Below are positions 33,540 to 38,286 of a stretch of 38,286 bases of DNA, piece after piece. Origin of the DNA: Circinaria calcarea. Its lineage: Eukaryota. The notes under the pieces are model-generated. The model did no database searches. It had not been told where the DNA came from and was given only the letters and a program-made list of their open reading frames with translations. Location: contig JAVECS010000031.1 in NCBI GenBank assembly GCA_051942165.1, positions 1 to 38,286 on the forward strand. Reading direction: 5' to 3'. A program made the translations under genes and the position numbers. The first letter of the stretch is position 1. The number at the start of each line of letters is the position of its first letter.

Positions 33540-36500
33540 CTAAGCATAATTGAAAGAGTTTCTACAGAGAGGACAGCTCGATGAATTCGAAGACTTGAAC
33601 CATCGATACAAGCAACTGGAGTGAAAGGAGTTCTTGCATGTCCCACACTGCTTGGCCGGTAACTGCTTATCCGCACTAACGACGCTGTAGCATATCGCGC
33701 ACTCACTTTGCCCTTTGAGCGCTCCTACGACGTTCTTTCTCCATGCTATCAATCCGTCAATGATTGACCCACTGGAAGAGGAGAAGTTGATGACGCCTTG
33801 GGTAATGAGAAGCCAGCTACGCCATTTCTCTTCGTTGACCCCGACGCGATGGACACCCTCGACTGAAACAGGATGTAATGGGTAGTTAGCTGGCAAGCGA
33901 ATGACGACAGACATAGACTGATCATCGATCGGGTAGCTGGCGGTAATCTCACGAGCTTTGCTAGAGACTTTGACTTCGAGAGGCGTGTCATCGGATTCTT
34001 GACTGGGAATCCAGGAGATGACGGTGGAAATTTCGGCTTGGATGACGAGGGAAGACATCTAACATCCAAACAGGTCAGCGATCTAGTCCCGATTGTTCTA
34101 TTCGTAGAATCACGACGCAACTTACGTATTTTTCCGTCCACGCCTCAACAGGCTTGACCAAATGGCGAGGGCATTGGTCCCGCCACCAAGACTTGGAGAG
34201 GGATGGCAAATGCTTGAGACATAGGTAGTACAAGTGGACTAGCAGCCACTGCGTGTCTTTCTCTGGGAAATCCTCCATATCGGGCATATAGGACGCTATG
34301 TCAAATCTTGAAGCATCCACGGGCTTCGGTCTTCCAATGATCAAATACCGGAAGGTAAAGTCTAGAAAGTCTTTCAAGTAGATACCTTCTTTCAAAGAGC
34401 CTACATAATCAGTCTGGACTTTATACGAGGCATTCGTCCAATGGTCGAAGATCAAGCTCCAGCTCAGGAGGTAAGTACGTAAAGGTAAGGGCATGCCTCT
34501 GTGAAAGTTGTCGACTGCTATCGCTTCCGGAGAGGGCGATGCAAGTATAAGCGACAAAAGCTCTTCGGGCAATTTTGCTATATAATCCTTTGACAAGGCA
34601 GCGTCAAAAGAGACTTGTTCCTGGGTCAATGGTATTTGTTGATGTAGGAGCTGGTACGCTGCTTGCTGTAAGGCAGTTGACTCGCAAGCTAGTATGGGAT
34701 AAAGCTCATGTTGGGTCGTGATATGACCGGGAGATATCTTTGCAAGTTGTCTTGCCAGTAGTTCGTTAACCATCTTGCGTGGTTGATGGCTCTCATCCGT
34801 CGTTTCTTATGAACGGGAGGTTAGTTCTTCGAACGTTGATGATTTTAGAGTACCTACTTGAGTGAGTTTTCATCAGGCTGAGTAGACCATCAATAATTGC
34901 AGTCTGTTGTTCCTTCCAATAATCCAGTAAGTCATCATTTGAATCATTGACCGCTAATGCGCATAGAGCCGCATACAGTCGAAGACTTGCATGTACGGAG
35001 GGGATCTCTTCATCTACGAATTCGGCTATCTGGGTCCATTCATTAAGCACAACATCGATCAGGTCTGCCCAGAAGGACCCGTAAATATCCTTGATATGTG
35101 GTAACATCGCAATCAAGGTTTTATGTGCTTCAGCTTTGAAACTTGCAGATGCATTTTGTTGCTTTAGATGATCGACGAGGTGCTTAACATAGAACACGAT
35201 ACGTTGTTGAGGAATCTTTTGAATAATGTCTTCGCGCCTCTGAATTACATGATTCATTAGTATCAACTGTCGCAGGCCTTCAATAATTAGTAAGCTCAAG
35301 CTAAGGGACTTCACGGACGACCCACTGTCTTGTAGGTTATCATACAAAGGCACCCCTGTTAGTTTAGCAATGCTTTGGCTACAGAGCCATAGTAGATCTT
35401 CCGATTCAGGGACACCTGCTAAGAAGGCGGCAAAGCTAATTATCTCAGATATCTTCGGTATTCCTCTGAGGCGTGCTTCGTCCTTGAGCGTTGTAGGCCC
35501 ACTATGTAATTCCCTGTATTCAGCTGCGAGCGCAGCGGAAGCTCGACCGTTATAATATGAGGCTGGGCTTGTCCCGACAGAGTCGTCCAGTAGCTGGCTT
35601 ATGGCAGCTGAGACATATGATTCTTGTGGTGCTGTGGAAATCCGAACCCAACTTGCTAGGAGACTTTGGGCTTCAGCTATCGCATCGATTATATCAGTAT
35701 CCACGTCAACTCCTTGGTATTCCCAAAGACTAATGGGTCCAGGAATACTCAAATTATCGCTTGCAACTTGCACGAATAAGGCCAAGTATTTGCAGATTAC
35801 AGATCGATCATGCGTTGTAACATTATCAAGAATGCTCGTTGCGTTGATTAGCTTTGTGGTATACCAGGCTATTCGTAACGCAGGCGAGTAGCCGTCGCTG
35901 TCGTAGGATATGGGAGTCTTTAATGTATCCTGAGAATCGTCAAGTCGGTCAACCAAGTATACGGCACCGCCAAGGAGATTCGTCATTGCCAAAGATACGT
36001 TTGGTCTAGAATTTACGAATGGCTCAAGTGCTGCAGTCCATTGTTTGACGTTTGGTAGCAATTCTGCTAAGATTCTTGTCCTACTATCTTCGTTCGATTG
36101 GTGGAGCATAGTCTCAGCTTGCTCGAGTAGAGTTTCAACACTGGCAGAAACTTACATTAGCTGAATTGCATGTTAACTTGGACATCGCGAGGAAACGCTT
36201 ACGACAATGAAGTGAAATCAGCAGTCCTGAGGCCATCATTGATGATTCCGAATATAGTACTGTGTGCCGCGTTTGGATCGATATTACCAGATACGATGTC
36301 TTGGATGGCAATTTTTAATTGCTGCGCCTTGTGAGCAACAGCATCCTCAGGTGACTCTGCAAGAAATAACAGCTTAGATAGTAGTTTCGAGCCGTTTGGT
36401 GAGGTTATGAAGTCCTTTACAGCTCTTTCGTTATGTTTGACCGCTATACCTATACCATGGAGACCTGCCACAGCTTGGTGATCTATCGACAGGCTTTCTG

Positions 36501-38286
36501 TCATCCGCGCAAGTATCTGATCCGTAAGATCGGAAGGTGCGGAGGAATTTCCCATCGAGCCACTAATCAAGGTCCACGAACCGGTTCCACTCTCTAAGCT
36601 TTGGCGCAGAGAATTGACGACAGCGGTGGTTAACGCCTTGGAGGTCTGGCCTCGTCCAAGCCATGGCGATGCAACAAGTTTCTCAAGAGTTTTGGATTTG
36701 ATGTCTGAATCAGGAGCAGCAACCAAGCTTTCCACAGCTCTTTCATATATGTCCTGGATGTTTTGAGTAGTACCCATACAGTCAAGAAAGCTAATGAGAT
36801 ATGGAGACGATGGAGAGAGTAATAAGGTAGGCACCTTCTGCTGAGCAAATTTAACCAGTAACTTTTCTGTATCATATTGGCGGAGCGTGAGATCTGGCAA
36901 TAGCCGTACTGCATTGGCGAGAACAGCCGCAGCGCTGTATGGTTTTCCATTCCTGGAAGTCATCGTTTCAATAGCCGACTCAAGCTCACTTGAACAGGTT
37001 GAGACAAGGAAAGAATGGATGGACACAGTTCCATACTTCTCAAAGAATATAGCCTGGAACGAATACCATCTTTTCACTACCAGGCAGATGGTATCCTGGG
37101 ATTTAACATAGTCCTTGGATTGTTCTGGAAGTGACGTCTGGAAGTCCTGAATTATGGCGGCAGATATGCGCTTCCAAGTCACTTCGAAAATTTCGGGCGA
37201 GGCTCTGAAAACCAAGGCAGCAGCATCTACGCAGATGCTTTGCTGGTCAGGGCCAGCCACAGTCCAGCCTACTTTTTCAGAGCTCGGCCTGATATGTTGA
37301 TCGATGATGGGTACTACCGAGGTCTCCAAGAATGCTCGTAGTGATTCCGAGGATGATTTTGATGGCTGTAGAAGCTCCGCAACTTGCAGATAGGCACGCC
37401 ATGCTTCGCATTGTCCAGCTCGATGCTCATCTCTACGGACCATACCGTCATGTAAAGCTTCTAGAACAGGAGGTATGGAATCACCACCAGCTGGGGGAGG
37501 TTTGCCATCGGATAATTCGCGTTCGTGCGCTAGAACTGTAGCAGGAATATGCCGAAGCAATGCTGTAAGCTGTAACCAAAAGTCTGAAGGGCCTCCTTGA
37601 GAGCCTTTTCTCAAGAATTGGCATAACCGTTTGATTGCTGGCTTCTTGGCCGATCCGGTATAATACTTCGTCCATACCTCCGGCGAAAAACTTGACAGTT
37701 GAGCAAGTGTTTTCACATAATCGTAGATGGATCCAGTTTGGTCAATAGGTAATGCCTCAACAAGAACATAGGTGCTAATCATTGTTAGGTCAATGAATCT
37801 CTCTTGCGTCTTTTCAAGTAGCGCAACAAGCAAGCGGTAAATTGCCTTGCGTACAAACGCATCAGGATAAGAAGACAGTTTCCAGATCCCCTGATCTCTC
37901 AGTAACTCCTCGTAAACCGCTTCATGCTTTTCAATCTCCTCAAGACTGAGTGTATCTGCGGAAATTTAGCTTATAGGCCCATGTGTAAGGATCTCTGCAG
38001 ACTAAGTACCTAACAGATGGGCCACTACCAGTGCCGCACTTCCAACCACACGCGCGTATTTTGCCTCTGCGTCATCGGGGCTGGTTGTGCGCTCGTCACT
38101 CAGCGTTCTGATGGTTTCCTTCAGGATAGCATCCTTGCAGTATTTGAGGATCGAAGGCTGATAGACCTTCAATACAGTCTTCTGCTTCTCCCCACCGCCA
38201 GGAAAGACTTGAACGAAAGCTTCGTTGGCCGCACGTATGACTAGTCTATCGTTATCATACAAGCCAGCGAGCCAAGGACCTATGAT
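33540..38286 (-). CDS. RKR1: E3 ubiquitin ligase listerin (Rkr1/Ltn1, ribosome quality control), 5' end outside the window; introns 38009-37956, 36202-36141, probably 35325-35278, 34857-34806, 34125-34059
   Basis: GPWLAGLYDND and HEAT-like N-terminal region; RWD-like IRLPANYPL; C-terminal RING ECAICYSVV...CGTCKNSFHSSCLYRWFKSSNSSSCPLCRNSF. Confidence 0.95.

Noticed and set aside
1..38286. Numerous 60-170 aa antisense or alternate-frame ORFs overlapping the main genes
   Set aside because: Shadow ORFs of real coding sequence, with no recognisable motifs.

Overview
Eukaryotic, gene-dense chromosomal segment from a filamentous ascomycete (Pezizomycotina, inferred from short GT-AG introns with CTRAY branch points and from the protein families). 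Manual splicing of the ORF track gives 11 intact protein-coding genes in this order: EXO5 (3' part only), NAF1, ALG9, a DUF3445/HODM-alpha-like heme protein, a Csk1/Cak1-like kinase, SYP1, a Fus1-like TM-SH3 protein, MAD1, RPA190, PRP3 and RKR1/LTN1 (5' end outside the window). There is also one clear pseudogene of a fungal Zn2Cys6-family transcription factor and one weaker candidate pseudogene of a secreted protein. I see no mobile element, CRISPR array, rRNA or tRNA, and I cannot support a wholly new multi-gene system. The best leads are a KIX-like N-terminal module on the CAK-like kinase (invisible in the ORF track), the uncharacterised membrane-anchored HODM-like enzyme next to ALG9, an NPFxD-bearing SH3 membrane protein beside the endocytic adaptor SYP1, the two decaying genes, and two stop-free 3n introns (one GC-AG). 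All family assignments come from motif recognition; no searches were run.
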